This document shows positions 35,580-45,209 of a DNA stretch of 61,723 nucleotides, piece by piece (position 1 is the first letter of the stretch; each line of letters starts with the position of its first letter). This DNA comes from an uncultured Vicinamibacterales bacterium (GTDB lineage Bacteria; Acidobacteriota; Vicinamibacteria; Vicinamibacterales; JAKQTR01), in contig CAZJRM010000002.1 of NCBI GenBank assembly GCA_964547975.1, forward strand, positions 1-61,723. Direction: 5' to 3'. A program made the position numbers and the translations under genes. The notes beneath the pieces are model-generated. The model saw nothing but the letters and a program-made list of their open reading frames with translations. It made no database searches and was not told the DNA's origin.

Positions 35580-35639
35580 CCCTTCGCCTCTTCCCTGGTC
35601 TGGGCTCCCGTTCCCTCGTCCCTATCGCCTATTCCCTGG
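35580..35639. repeat. degenerate heptanucleotide-periodic C-rich array
   Basis: CCCTTCG CCTCTTC CCTGGTC TGGGCTC CCGTTCC CTCGTCC CTATCGC CTATTCC CTGGT. The complement resembles the GGGRCRR array at 54495. Confidence 0.6.
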
Positions 35640-37136
35640 TCACTTCGTATACACCATCGTGTTCGGATCCGGCAGCGGGATCCGGACGATCGCCGCCCCT
35701 TTTCGGATGGCCTCGAACGAATACTGCGGCTTGTCGGGATTGCCCTTCAGCATGTCGTCGACGTTGCCGACGGCCAGGATGACGAGTTTGTCCGGCACGA
35801 GGTACTTCTGCGCCACGCGCTGGATCTCGTCGATGGTCACGGCTTTGACGCGATCGCGGTACGTCTTCCAGTACTTCGGGTTGCGGCCGGTCAATTCGTC
35901 AGACGCGAAGAGGTTGGCCGTCGCGGCCGCGGACGAGAAGTTCCGCGGGAAGACCTCGACGGCGGAGTTCTTCGCCGTTTCGAGTTCTTCGGCCGACACC
36001 TTCGTGGTGCGGATACGGTCGATCTCCTCGAGGACGATCTGGACGGCCTGCGCGACCGTCGAACTCTTCGACTGGAACCCCGCGCGGAACGCCCCCGGAA
36101 AGTACGTGCCGACGCCGTAGCCCGACCCGGCACTGTAGGCGAGCCCTTCGTCGGAACGTACGCGGTTGGTGATGCGCGACGTGAACCCGCCCCCCCCGAG
36201 GATGTCGTTCATGAGGCCAACCGCGATCTCGTCGGGATTGTCCCGCATGATGCCCACGTGCCCCATGGCCACCCGGCCCTGATTCACGTCGGGCTTGTTC
36301 ACCATGTAGACGCCGGGCACCGGCACGAACGCCGGCTTGGGCACCGGCACAGGCGCGTAGCCGGCAGGCGCCGTCCACCCCGCCATCCGCTGCTCGAGCT
36401 TCGCGGCCATCTCGGCGGCCCGAAAATCGCCCGACACCGCGATGATGAAGTTGCCCGGGTGGACGTGCCGCGCGTGAAACGCGACCAGGTCCTCGCGCGT
36501 CAGCGACTCAGCGCCGGCCTTCGTCATCGGTCGCGTGGTGAAGTGGTCCGCGCCGTAGATCAGCCGGCCCCATTCGCGGCCTTCGATCCCCGCCGTGTTG
36601 TCGTTCCGGCGGGCGAGCGACTGGATCAGCTGGCGTTTGTAGAGGTCCAGGCGGTCCTGCTGGAATGCCGGCTTCTGCAGCATCGCAAACAGGAGGTCGA
36701 GCACCTTGTCGGTGTCCTTCGCCATGAAGCTGGCCGACACGCCCCCGTTCGTGGCGCCGAACGACGTACTCAGACTGGCCGCGAGGAAGTCGGCTTCTTC
36801 GTCGAACTGTTCCGCGGTCATGGCGCCGGCCCCGCCGGCACGCATCTGCCCGCCGACGGCCGACGCCAGCCCTTCCTTGCCCACGGGGTCGAGATACGCG
36901 CCGCCCTTCATGAGCACGGTGACCGAGACGAGGGGCAGGTCGTGGTCTTCGACCATGAAGGTCACGACCTTGTTCTTCAACACCTTCCGATACGTCGCTG
37001 CGTCCGGCGGGTCGAACGTCAGCGTCGGGTACGTCAGGTCGCGGGGATGGGCCGGAATCTGGGCTGACGCCGGCACGGCGATGAGCGCGGCCACCAGGGC
37101 GGCCGCAGCGGTCACGACAACACGCGTTGGACGCAT
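35640..37136 (-). CDS. M16-family peptidase, non-catalytic (no HxxEH) partner subunit
   Basis: Signal peptide and pitrilysin-like length and composition. No HxxEH motif was found. It lies 2 nt downstream of the catalytic M16 gene. Confidence 0.85.
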   Translation of the reverse strand: MRPTRVVVTAAAALVAALIAVPASAQIPAHPRDLTYPTLTFDPPDAATYRKVLKNKVVTFMVEDHDLPLVSVTVLMKGGAYLDPVGKEGLASAVGGQMRAGGAGAMTAEQFDEEADFLAASLSTSFGATNGGVSASFMAKDTDKVLDLLFAMLQKPAFQQDRLDLYKRQLIQSLARRNDNTAGIEGREWGRLIYGADHFTTRPMTKAGAESLTREDLVAFHARHVHPGNFIIAVSGDFRAAEMAAKLEQRMAGWTAPAGYAPVPVPKPAFVPVPGVYMVNKPDVNQGRVAMGHVGIMRDNPDEIAVGLMNDILGGGGFTSRITNRVRSDEGLAYSAGSGYGVGTYFPGAFRAGFQSKSSTVAQAVQIVLEEIDRIRTTKVSAEELETAKNSAVEVFPRNFSSAAATANLFASDELTGRNPKYWKTYRDRVKAVTIDEIQRVAQKYLVPDKLVILAVGNVDDMLKGNPDKPQYSFEAIRKGAAIVRIPLPDPNTMVYTK

Positions 37137-37138
37137 GG

Positions 37139-38881
37139 CTACGCTCCCTTCCCGATCTTCTGCTGGAGGATCGTCTTGAGGACCTTGAGGACCTTCTGGC
37201 GTTCCGGCGGGGCCGAGCCTTCGGCCTGCTCGAGTTGCTGGAGCATCTGTTTCGCCTGTTCGACCGGCATCTGCTGAATCATCGCCCTGGCCTGCCGCGC
37301 CTGCGCCTTCTCGGCGTCACTGAGGCCTTCGAGCAGGGGATCGGCGTCGGCGGCGCCGCCGGCAGCGGCCTTCGTGTAGTAGAGGATCACCGCCCGGCGC
37401 TCCGGCTTGAAGTAGGTCGTCGCCACCCGCTGGACATCGTCGGCGGTGACCGCCTCGATTTGCGCGGGTTCCTCGTTGAACGACTTCCAGCCCAGCGTAT
37501 TGTCGGCGAGGAGCAACTGGAGCATCAGGCCGAAGTTGTTCTCGAGCCGTCGGAACGTACCCGCCTGGTACTGGTTCTTGATCTTCTGCAGTTCGCGCGC
37601 GTCGACCTTGGTCGACTGGAGCCTCTCGATTTCCTTGTAGAGCGCCTGCTCGGCTTTCTCGGGCGTTTGACCGGGCGCGGCCGTGGCCGACAGCTGGAAG
37701 TAGCCCTCCCATTTCTGGGCGTTGTTCGCCGCCCCGGCGGCGGTCGCCACCTTCTGGTCCAGCACCAGCGACTTGTAGAGCCGGCCGGTGCGGCCACTGA
37801 GGAGCCCCGCCAGCACGTCGAGGGCGGCTTCGTCCTTGTGGCCGTTGGCCACGGTGTGGTACCTCGCCACCGCCTGCGGGTTCGTCTCGGCGTAGGCCAG
37901 CATCCGCTTCTCCGCCTGCGGCTCCACCTCTCGGGTGCGCACCGGGGGCGGGTCCTGCGGGTTCCGCTTCAGGCGCCCGAAGTACTTCTGCGCCAGCGCC
38001 TTCGCGTTGGCCGGATCGAAGTCACCGACGAGGCATGCCGTGAGGTTGTTGGGAGCGTAGTTCAGGTCGAAGTACGCCAGCGCTTCCTCGCGCGTGATGG
38101 CCTCGACGTCACTGGGCCAGCCGACGACCGGCCAGTGGTACGGCGACGCGCTCCAGAACATGGCCTCGAACTCTTCCTGGAACTTGCCCGTCGGCGTGCT
38201 CTCGGTACGCAGGCGACGTTCTTCGCGGACCACGTCGCGCTCCGAGTAGAACTCGCGGAACACGGGATTCGCCAGCCGGTCCGACTCCATCCAGAACCAC
38301 AGCTCGAGCTTGTTGGACGGCACGTTGATGTAATAGATGGTGAAGTCGTTCGACGTGCCGGCGTTCATGCCGCTGGCGCCCGCGGTCGTATAGACCCGGT
38401 CGAACTCGTTCTTCACGATGATGTCGCGCTGCGCCTTCTCCAGGGCGGCCAGTTCGTCGAGCAGTTGCTGGTGCCCGGGCGTGCGGGTCTTCGGGTCGCG
38501 GATGTCCGCGATCTCCCCCGTGCGCAGGCGGCGCAGCTGGTCCTGCTCCTCGACACGAATCCGGCCCTTGACCTCGTCCATCTTCGCCTGCAGTTCGAGG
38601 TCCTTGCCGATGTTCGACGTACCGATCGTGCGCGTGCCCTTGAACATCATGTGTTCGAAGAGGTGCGAGATCCCGGTGATGCCGGGACGTTCGTTGACCG
38701 CGCCGACCTTGGCCACCCACCCGGCGGCCACGTTGGGATCGCCTTTGCGCGGCACGAGCAGGACCTTCATGCCGTTGTCGAGAATCAGTTCCTGTACCTG
38801 GACCTGCTGCGCCAGGGCGCCGGCCGCCGCCAGCACCAGCACGAGACAGGTCAGGCACGCCAGACGGAGTCGTTGTGCCAT
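37139..38881 (-). CDS. M16-family zinc peptidase (pitrilysin/insulinase-like, catalytic)
   Basis: HLFEH (HxxEH) in GISHLFEHMMFKGT. ATG 38881 gives the signal peptide MAQRLRLACLTCLVLVLAAAGALAQ. The longer ORF to 38995 was rejected. Confidence 0.85.
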   Translation of the reverse strand: MAQRLRLACLTCLVLVLAAAGALAQQVQVQELILDNGMKVLLVPRKGDPNVAAGWVAKVGAVNERPGITGISHLFEHMMFKGTRTIGTSNIGKDLELQAKMDEVKGRIRVEEQDQLRRLRTGEIADIRDPKTRTPGHQQLLDELAALEKAQRDIIVKNEFDRVYTTAGASGMNAGTSNDFTIYYINVPSNKLELWFWMESDRLANPVFREFYSERDVVREERRLRTESTPTGKFQEEFEAMFWSASPYHWPVVGWPSDVEAITREEALAYFDLNYAPNNLTACLVGDFDPANAKALAQKYFGRLKRNPQDPPPVRTREVEPQAEKRMLAYAETNPQAVARYHTVANGHKDEAALDVLAGLLSGRTGRLYKSLVLDQKVATAAGAANNAQKWEGYFQLSATAAPGQTPEKAEQALYKEIERLQSTKVDARELQKIKNQYQAGTFRRLENNFGLMLQLLLADNTLGWKSFNEEPAQIEAVTADDVQRVATTYFKPERRAVILYYTKAAAGGAADADPLLEGLSDAEKAQARQARAMIQQMPVEQAKQMLQQLEQAEGSAPPERQKVLKVLKTILQQKIGKGA

Positions 38882-38960
38882 CGAGATGCCCTCTTCGAGG
38901 AAATGCGTTCCCGCCATTCTATCAGGCGACCGGACCCGACCCGTGAGATGATGGGAACAC

Positions 38961-40391
38961 ATGTCCACACTCCCGCGTATCATCCAGGGCGGCATGGGTG
39001 TCGCCGTTTCGAATTGGTGCCTCGCCAGGGCGGTGGCCTGCCTCGGTCAACTCGGGGTCGTGGCCGGGACGGCGCTCGACGAGGTCGTGGCGCGCCGCCT
39101 CGAGGACGGCGACGTCGGCGGCCACATGCGGCGGGCCTTCGACGCCTTCCCCTTCCGGGCGATGGCCGAGCGGGTGTGGAACCGCTACTACATCGCTGGC
39201 GGCAAAGCGCCGGATGTGCCGTACTCCCAGCTGCCCTTCCACGGGCGCGAGTGCCCGCCCGACCTCGCCGAGCTGTGCCTGGTCGCGAACTTCGCCGAGG
39301 TCTACCTCGCCCGCGAAGGCCACGACCATCCCGTCGGCATCAACTACCTGGAAAAGATCCAGACACCGCACCTCGTCTCGATTTACGGCGCGATGCTCGC
39401 CGGCGTCGCCTACGTCATCATGGGCGCCGGCATTCCGTTGAAGGTGCCCGGCGTGCTCGATGCCTACGTCAACCACCAGCCGGCCTCGTACCCGCTGGCC
39501 GTCTCCGGCGCCCGCGAGGGCGACGACATCACGATGACCTTCGACCCGAAGGCCTTCATGGAACAGGACCTGCCGCCGCTGACGCGCCCGCGCTTCCTGC
39601 CCATCATCGCCTCCAACACCCTCGCGACGACCATGGTGCGCAAGGCGAACGGGCGGGTGGACGGCTTCGTCATCGAAGGCCCCACGGCCGGCGGCCACAA
39701 CGCGCCGCCGCGCGGCAAGCTCACCGTCAACGACCGCGGCGAGCCCATCTACGGCGAACGCGACGTCGTCGATCTCGACAAACTCCGGGAGTTGGGCCTG
39801 CCCTTCTGGCTCGCCGGAGGATACGGATGCCCGGTGACGCTGCGCGAAGCGCTCGCGGCCGGCGCCCAGGGGGTGCAGGTGGGAACAGCCTTCGGCTACT
39901 GCACCGAATCGGGGATGCGCGCGGACTACCGGCGCGCGGTGCTCGACATGGTGGCCGCCGGCACGGCGGACGTGTTCACGGACCTCCTCGCCTCGCCGTC
40001 CGGATTCCCGTTCAAGGTCGTCAACCTCGAGGTGTCGATCGCCAACCCGGCCGTCGTCGCCGCCAGGCCGCGCATCTGCGACCTCGGCTACCTCCGTGAA
40101 GCCTACCGGACGCCGTCCGGCGAGGTCGGGTTCCGGTGCCCCGCAGAACCCGTGTCGATCTACGTCTCGAAGGGTGGAACCGAAGAAGACGCGCAGGGGC
40201 GGAAGTGTATCTGCAACGCGCTCATGGCCACCGCCGACCTGCCGCAGACACGCGGGCGCGGCCGTTTCATCGAGGCGGGCGTCGTCACGGCGGGTGACGA
40301 CCTGACCGGGCTGACGCGGTTCATGAAGCCGGGGACCGTCGACTACTCGGCCGCCGACGTGGTGCGCGTGATCCTGGGGGAATCGGCCTGA
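38961..40391 (+). CDS. nitronate monooxygenase (NMO / 2-nitropropane dioxygenase) family protein
   Basis: IIQGGMGVAVS at the N-terminus and FWLAGGYG / GAQGVQVGTAF TIM-barrel FMN-binding segments. Confidence 0.85.
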   Translation: MSTLPRIIQGGMGVAVSNWCLARAVACLGQLGVVAGTALDEVVARRLEDGDVGGHMRRAFDAFPFRAMAERVWNRYYIAGGKAPDVPYSQLPFHGRECPPDLAELCLVANFAEVYLAREGHDHPVGINYLEKIQTPHLVSIYGAMLAGVAYVIMGAGIPLKVPGVLDAYVNHQPASYPLAVSGAREGDDITMTFDPKAFMEQDLPPLTRPRFLPIIASNTLATTMVRKANGRVDGFVIEGPTAGGHNAPPRGKLTVNDRGEPIYGERDVVDLDKLRELGLPFWLAGGYGCPVTLREALAAGAQGVQVGTAFGYCTESGMRADYRRAVLDMVAAGTADVFTDLLASPSGFPFKVVNLEVSIANPAVVAARPRICDLGYLREAYRTPSGEVGFRCPAEPVSIYVSKGGTEEDAQGRKCICNALMATADLPQTRGRGRFIEAGVVTAGDDLTGLTRFMKPGTVDYSAADVVRVILGESA

Positions 40392-40397
40392 TCCAGG

Positions 40398-40470
40398 GTG
40401 GCGGGCCTGACTTGTCCTGAGCGCAGTCGAAGGAAGGCCTGCCCCACATCGAGCCAGCCGGCGTCGGCTG
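40398..40470. repeat. degenerate REP-like element plus a short hairpin
   Basis: GTGG-CGGGCC...GGCCTGCC-CCAC with an expanded loop, then CAGCCG-GCGT-CGGCTG. Confidence 0.4.
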
Positions 40471-40549
40471 CCATCCGTGAGATAATGGGTGGAGTTCGTT
40501 CACCCGGACCGCCCAGGCCGTCCGCCAGTCGCACCATTCGAAAGCGCCA

Positions 40550-41823
40550 GTGACCACGAAACAACCGTCGTCTCCACATTCGGGGCGTCCGCGCCGGCCC
40601 AGGCGGCCGTCGGGCTCCAGACCACGCCGATTCGAAGGTCCGAAACCTCCGGTCGCCATTCCGTTCGACATCGCGCCGCACGACTCGACCCCCATCGAGT
40701 TCGCCGCGCTCGATCTCGACGATCGGCTTCGCGCCGGCATCGAGGACCGCGGGTTCGAGCGCACGACGCCCGTCCAGAGCGCCGTCTTCCCCATCGTCTT
40801 CGCAGGCGGCGACCTCATCGCGTGCGCGGAAACGGGAACAGGCAAGACGGCCGCGTTCCTGCTGCCGCTGATGCAGCGGCTGCTGAAGACCCCGACGAGC
40901 GGCGTCATCCGAGGGCTGGTTCTCGCGCCGACACGCGAGCTGGCCGTGCAGATCGAGGACGATTTCACGGGCTTCGCGTACCACTCGACCTTGACGAGCG
41001 TGGCGGTGTACGGCGGCGTCGACGGCGACATCCAGGCGCGGGCACTGAAGGCCGGCGCCGATATGGTCGTCGCCACGCCGGGACGCCTGCTCGACCACAT
41101 GAGCACCGGTATCGTGGACTTCAGCAAGGTCGAAGTGCTGATCCTGGACGAAGCCGACCGCATGCTCGACATGGGCTTCTGGCCCGACGTCAGCCGGATC
41201 GTGGCGTCGCTTCCCGCCGAGCGGCAGACGCTGCTCTTTTCGGCAACGACCTCGTCCGATGTCGTGAAACTGGCCGAACAGGTGATGCGCGACCCGAAGC
41301 TGATTCAGATCGGGCGCGCCGGCGGGCCCGCGACCACCATCTCCCACGTCGCGCATGTGCTGCCGGCAGGCGACAAGGCCGACTGGCTGGCGAGTTTCCT
41401 GCGCAGGAACTGGCAACCGACGCTGGTGTTCGTCCGGACGAAGCGGTTCGCGGACAGGCGTCCACACTCTCGGGACGAGGGATTCGCTGCGCCGCGTTAC
41501 ACGCGGACCGGACGCAGGCGGACCGGACGGCGGCGGTCGAGGGATTCCGGGCAGGGCGGCACAAGGTGCTCGTCGCCACCGACATCGCCGCGCGCGGCCT
41601 CGACATCGACGGCATCGAGCACGTCGTCAACTACGAGGTCCCGCACAGCGCCGACCAGTACGTGCACCGGGCCGGACGGACGGGCCGCGCCCAGGCGACG
41701 GGAACCGCGCTGACGCTGGTCGCGGCTGACGAACTGCCGCTCCTCCGGGCCATTGAGCAGTCCACCGGCGTGAAGTTCGGCGACTACGACATCGACGCCT
41801 CCGCCCCCGGCAACGACCGCTAG
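40550..41823 (+). pseudogene. DEAD-box ATP-dependent RNA helicase (RhlE-like) with an apparent 1-nt frameshift near 41456-41461
   Basis: Motifs Q, I (AETGTGKT), Ia (APTRELA), II (DEAD) and III (SAT) lie in the 40550 frame up to LVFVRTKRFADR. Motifs IV-VI (ALHADRTQ, VATDIAARGLDI, HRAGRTGRA) lie in the 40489 frame from ASTLSGRGIRC onward. Confidence 0.8.
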
Positions 41824-41857
41824 CCGTCACGGCGACACGGCGCATTCCGAAACCAGA

Positions 41858-41893
41858 AGGGCGCTGCCGTTCTCGCAAGAACGGCAGCGCCCT
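41858..41893. terminator. long perfect hairpin between convergent genes
   Basis: GGGCGCTGCCGTTCT-CGCA-AGAACGGCAGCGCCC (15 bp). On the minus strand it is followed by TTCTGGTTTC. Confidence 0.6.
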
Positions 41894-41917
41894 CCAACAC
41901 CACCCGCCGCGACGTCT

Positions 41918-42634
41918 TCAGCGACGACGGCGACGAACCGCGAGGCCGGCCAACCCGCTGCCGAGGAGCAGCAGCGACGCCGGTTCGGGAACCGGGTCCG
42001 GGTCCTGGCCGTTCAGCGCGAAGTTGACCTCGTTCTGGTAGAGGCGAACCTCGTCGTCGTAACCCAGCGTGTCGCCGAGGAAACCGTTCATGATCGTGCG
42101 TCCGCCGTTGCCGATGACGATACCGGCCATCCCGTTTTCGAAAGTCCCCGCGATATCGGTGCCCGCGCCGGCCGTGAACGACCGCGAGAAGATGCCGTAG
42201 GTCGGGTTCGTCAGGCTGAGAACGGAACTGCTGAGCCCGGCGGAGAACTGCGAACCAAGCGTCAGGGTCGAGTGGTTCGCGCCGAACTCGGTGACGCCGA
42301 ACGCCGAGTCACCTTCGGTCAGCCAGTGGCCAAAGATGGCCTTGCCGCCGCCGGCGACGTAGTTGCCGAGCGCCGTGGCAGCAGAAGCGTGCGACGTGCT
42401 GTCGAACTGCACCACGACGAGGTCCCACCCGCCGGCGCTGAGGTAGGTGGCGAAATCGGCGTCGTCCGTCGCGGACGTGACGGACAATCCCAGCCCGGTC
42501 AGGGCATCCGACCACCGATTGCCGGAGTACTGGAAATCGTCCCAGAGCAGCACCGGAGCCGCCGCGGCCGACGTGACGGAGAGTAACGCGGCCACAAGCG
42601 CCAATCCCAACGTACGGCGAACGAATCTGAACAT
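41918..42634 (-). CDS. PEP-CTERM sorting-domain protein
   Basis: ATG 42634 is preceded by GGGGGAG. Signal peptide MFRFVRRTLGLALVAALLSVTSAAA. C-terminus PVPEPASLLLLGSGLAGLAVRRRRR. Confidence 0.9.
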   Translation of the reverse strand: MFRFVRRTLGLALVAALLSVTSAAAAPVLLWDDFQYSGNRWSDALTGLGLSVTSATDDADFATYLSAGGWDLVVVQFDSTSHASAATALGNYVAGGGKAIFGHWLTEGDSAFGVTEFGANHSTLTLGSQFSAGLSSSVLSLTNPTYGIFSRSFTAGAGTDIAGTFENGMAGIVIGNGGRTIMNGFLGDTLGYDDEVRLYQNEVNFALNGQDPDPVPEPASLLLLGSGLAGLAVRRRRR

Positions 42635-42709
42635 GTGCTCCCCCGAGGTGCAAATCACACTGCGGCCCCGCCGACCCCCACGGCTGCGGTTGCCGCAATC
42701 GAACCATTT

Positions 42710-42725
42710 TGCAATTAGTGATCCA
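42710..42725 (-). promoter_or_regulatory. sigma-54 (-24/-12) promoter candidate
   Basis: The minus strand reads TGGATC-ACTAA-TTGCA with correct spacing, 76 nt upstream of ATG 42634. Confidence 0.5.
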
Positions 42726-42770
42726 TGCACCTTGCTGCATTCGGCGCTGATATTCAGATCTGTGGCGGCT

Positions 42771-42797
42771 AAAAAGACAGCCGGACGGGTGTCTTTT
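42771..42797 (-). terminator. rho-independent terminator downstream of the DUF4342 gene
   Basis: AAAAAGACAGCCG-GA-CGGGTGTCTTTT is an A-tract/stem/T-tract structure. It reads as stem + TTTTT on the minus strand. Confidence 0.6.
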
Positions 42798-42910
42798 GTC
42801 GCCACCTCGGGACCGTCCTCCCACACATTGTGGAGAAGCGCGTGGGCCGCCCCCAGCCGGCGAATCGGCAGAAGGCGGCCCAGGACGTGCCAAACCGGTG
42901 TCGCACGCGT

Positions 42911-43222
42911 TCAGCCGACCGGGACTTCGGGCGGCGGGGCCGGAGTGTCGGCCGGTGCCTCCGCCGGCGGTTCCGGAGCGGCCTCGCGTTCCACCGCAAT
43001 CGCGCACTCGTTCACCAGCGCGGCCAGCGCGCCAATCGCCGCCAGCACCGGCGCGAACACCGCGCCGACCACGCCGGCCGTCAACGGGAACTCGGCCACC
43101 GTCCGATCGCCCTGTTTGATCACGATGCGGCGCACGTTGCCTTCGTGGATCAGCGTCTTGACGGTCCCGACAACTTTGTCACCCTGAACCTTCGTGGTCT
43201 CCCAGAACGTCTTGTCGGCCAT
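42911..43222 (-). CDS. DUF4342-like small protein
   Basis: 103 aa. The VRRIVIKQGDRTVAEFPLTAGVVGAVFAPVLAAIGALAAL pattern matches what I recall of DUF4342. Confidence 0.7.
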   Translation of the reverse strand: MADKTFWETTKVQGDKVVGTVKTLIHEGNVRRIVIKQGDRTVAEFPLTAGVVGAVFAPVLAAIGALAALVNECAIAVEREAAPEPPAEAPADTPAPPPEVPVG

Positions 43223-43328
43223 GGTGGCGGCCCTCCTGCAATGAGTGGACGAGGGCGGGGGGCCGGGGGTTCAACGGGCACGTCCTGTAGTAGAGTGCAG
43301 CCGAGTCCGCCTTCCCGGAGGTCCGCCC

Positions 43329-45182
43329 ATGCCTCGCGCCATGCCCTACGCCGTCGCCCTCGTCGCGCTCGCCGCCGTCGCCCTGCACGCGCAGGCTCAG
43401 CGCCCCACGGTCAAGCCGGTCCTGCACGGCCGGCACTGGGTGGCCATCACCGGCAAACCCCTCGGCGCCACAGCCGGCGCGCTCATCTTCAGCAAGGGCG
43501 GCAACGCCGTCGATGCGACCTGCGCCATGCTCGGCGCGGTCGCCACCATGTGGGACACGCTCGGCTGGGGCGGTGAAACCCAGGCGCTCATCTACAACCC
43601 CCACACGAAGAAGGTCATCGGCATCAACGCCCTCGGCGTGGCCCCGACCGGCGCGACGCCAGCGTTCTACAAATCCAGGGGTATGAACTATCCGCCCGAA
43701 TACGGTCCGCTCGCCGCCGTCACGCCCGGCACGCCCGGCGGCCTGATGGTCATGCTGGCCGAATACGGGACGATGAGCCTGAAGGACGTGCTGGCACCGG
43801 CCATCGAGATGGCGGACGGCTATCCCATCGAGGCCGCCGCCGCCAACGCCATCGAACGCACGAAGGCCGAAACGAAGAAGTGGCCCTCGTCTGCCCAGGT
43901 CTTCCTGACGCATCCCGGCGAATCCCGCGAGGCGCCCGAGGCGGGCGAGATCTTCCGGCAGCCCGACCTGGCCGCAACCCTCCGCAAGCTCGTCGAGACG
44001 GAGCAGCAGGCGTTGACGGCCGGCAAGAGCCGGAAAGAGGCCATCTACGCCGCCTACGACCGCTTCTACAAGGGCGACATCGCGCGCGAGTTCGCCCGCG
44101 GATCGCAGGCGCTCGGCGGGCAGCACACCTACGAAGATCTCGCCACGTGGAAGGTCAAGGTCGAAGAGCCGGTCTCGACGTCCTACAAGGGCATCGACGT
44201 CTACAAGCTCACCGTGTGGACGCAGGGGCCGGCCATGCTGCAGGCGCTCAACATGCTCGAAGGCCTCGACCTCAAGGGGATGGGGTACAACTCGCCGAAG
44301 TACATCCATACGCTCTACCAGGCGATGAACCTCGCCTTCGCGGACCGCGACTTCTACTACGGCGATCCTGACTACGCGCCCGAAGAACCGGTCAAGGGCC
44401 TGCTCTCGAAGGCATACGCCCGGGCGCGCGCGAAGACCATCAACTGGGAGAAGAACGACCCGGACGCCAGGCCCGGGGACCCGTATCCGTTCCAGGGCGG
44501 CACGAATCCATTCAAGGCCCTGCTGGACAAGTGGGGCAACTTCCCGCTCGGGCCGCGGCAGAACAACCAGGACATCCGCACGTTCGAGGAAGGATTCACC
44601 GCGGGCACCACGTCGATCCAGGCGGCGGACGAAGCCGGCTGGGTCGTGTCCGTCACGCCGAGCGGCGGGTGGATCCCGGCGTCCATCGCCGGCACGACCG
44701 GCATCGGGATGAGTCAGCGGATGCAGAGTTTCGTGCTCGATCCGGCCGACGGGCCGTTCAACGTGCTCGAACCGCGCAAGCGGCCGCGCGTGACGCTGAC
44801 GCCCACGCTCGCCATGAAGGACGGCAAGCCGTTCCTGTCGTTCGCGGTGCAGGGCGGTGATACGCAGGACCAGAACCTGCTCCAGTGTTTCCTCAACGTG
44901 GTCGAGTTCGGCATGAACGTCCAGCAGGCCGTCGAAGCGCCCAACATGAACTCGTACCAGATGCGCAGCTCGTTCGATCTGCACAAGATCGAACCGGGCC
45001 GGATGACGCTCGCCCAGTCGACGCCGCAGGACGTGCGCGAGGCGCTGACCAGGATGGGGTATCGCCTGGATTACCAGCGCCTGACGTCCGGGCCGATCAA
45101 CGCGATCTACTTCGATTGGAAACACAAGAGTTTCTGGGGTGGCGCCAGCAATCACGGCGAGGACTACGGCATCGCCTGGTAA
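43329..45182 (+). CDS. ggt: gamma-glutamyltransferase
   Basis: ATG 43329 follows GGAGG. Signal peptide, GGNAVDA, the autoprocessing site GTTS and GGDTQDQ are present. Confidence 0.9.
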   Translation: MPRAMPYAVALVALAAVALHAQAQRPTVKPVLHGRHWVAITGKPLGATAGALIFSKGGNAVDATCAMLGAVATMWDTLGWGGETQALIYNPHTKKVIGINALGVAPTGATPAFYKSRGMNYPPEYGPLAAVTPGTPGGLMVMLAEYGTMSLKDVLAPAIEMADGYPIEAAAANAIERTKAETKKWPSSAQVFLTHPGESREAPEAGEIFRQPDLAATLRKLVETEQQALTAGKSRKEAIYAAYDRFYKGDIAREFARGSQALGGQHTYEDLATWKVKVEEPVSTSYKGIDVYKLTVWTQGPAMLQALNMLEGLDLKGMGYNSPKYIHTLYQAMNLAFADRDFYYGDPDYAPEEPVKGLLSKAYARARAKTINWEKNDPDARPGDPYPFQGGTNPFKALLDKWGNFPLGPRQNNQDIRTFEEGFTAGTTSIQAADEAGWVVSVTPSGGWIPASIAGTTGIGMSQRMQSFVLDPADGPFNVLEPRKRPRVTLTPTLAMKDGKPFLSFAVQGGDTQDQNLLQCFLNVVEFGMNVQQAVEAPNMNSYQMRSSFDLHKIEPGRMTLAQSTPQDVREALTRMGYRLDYQRLTSGPINAIYFDWKHKSFWGGASNHGEDYGIAW

Positions 45183-45209
45183 CGCGGCGCGTTGCGGAGT
45201 GCAGGACGC

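Noticed and set aside
34051-35640. A genomic island integrated at tRNA-Lys.
   Set aside because: No integrase/recombinase, no duplicated tRNA 3' segment and no obvious compositional shift by eye. Only the local direct repeats and one orphan gene remain, and these are reported as a low-key finding.
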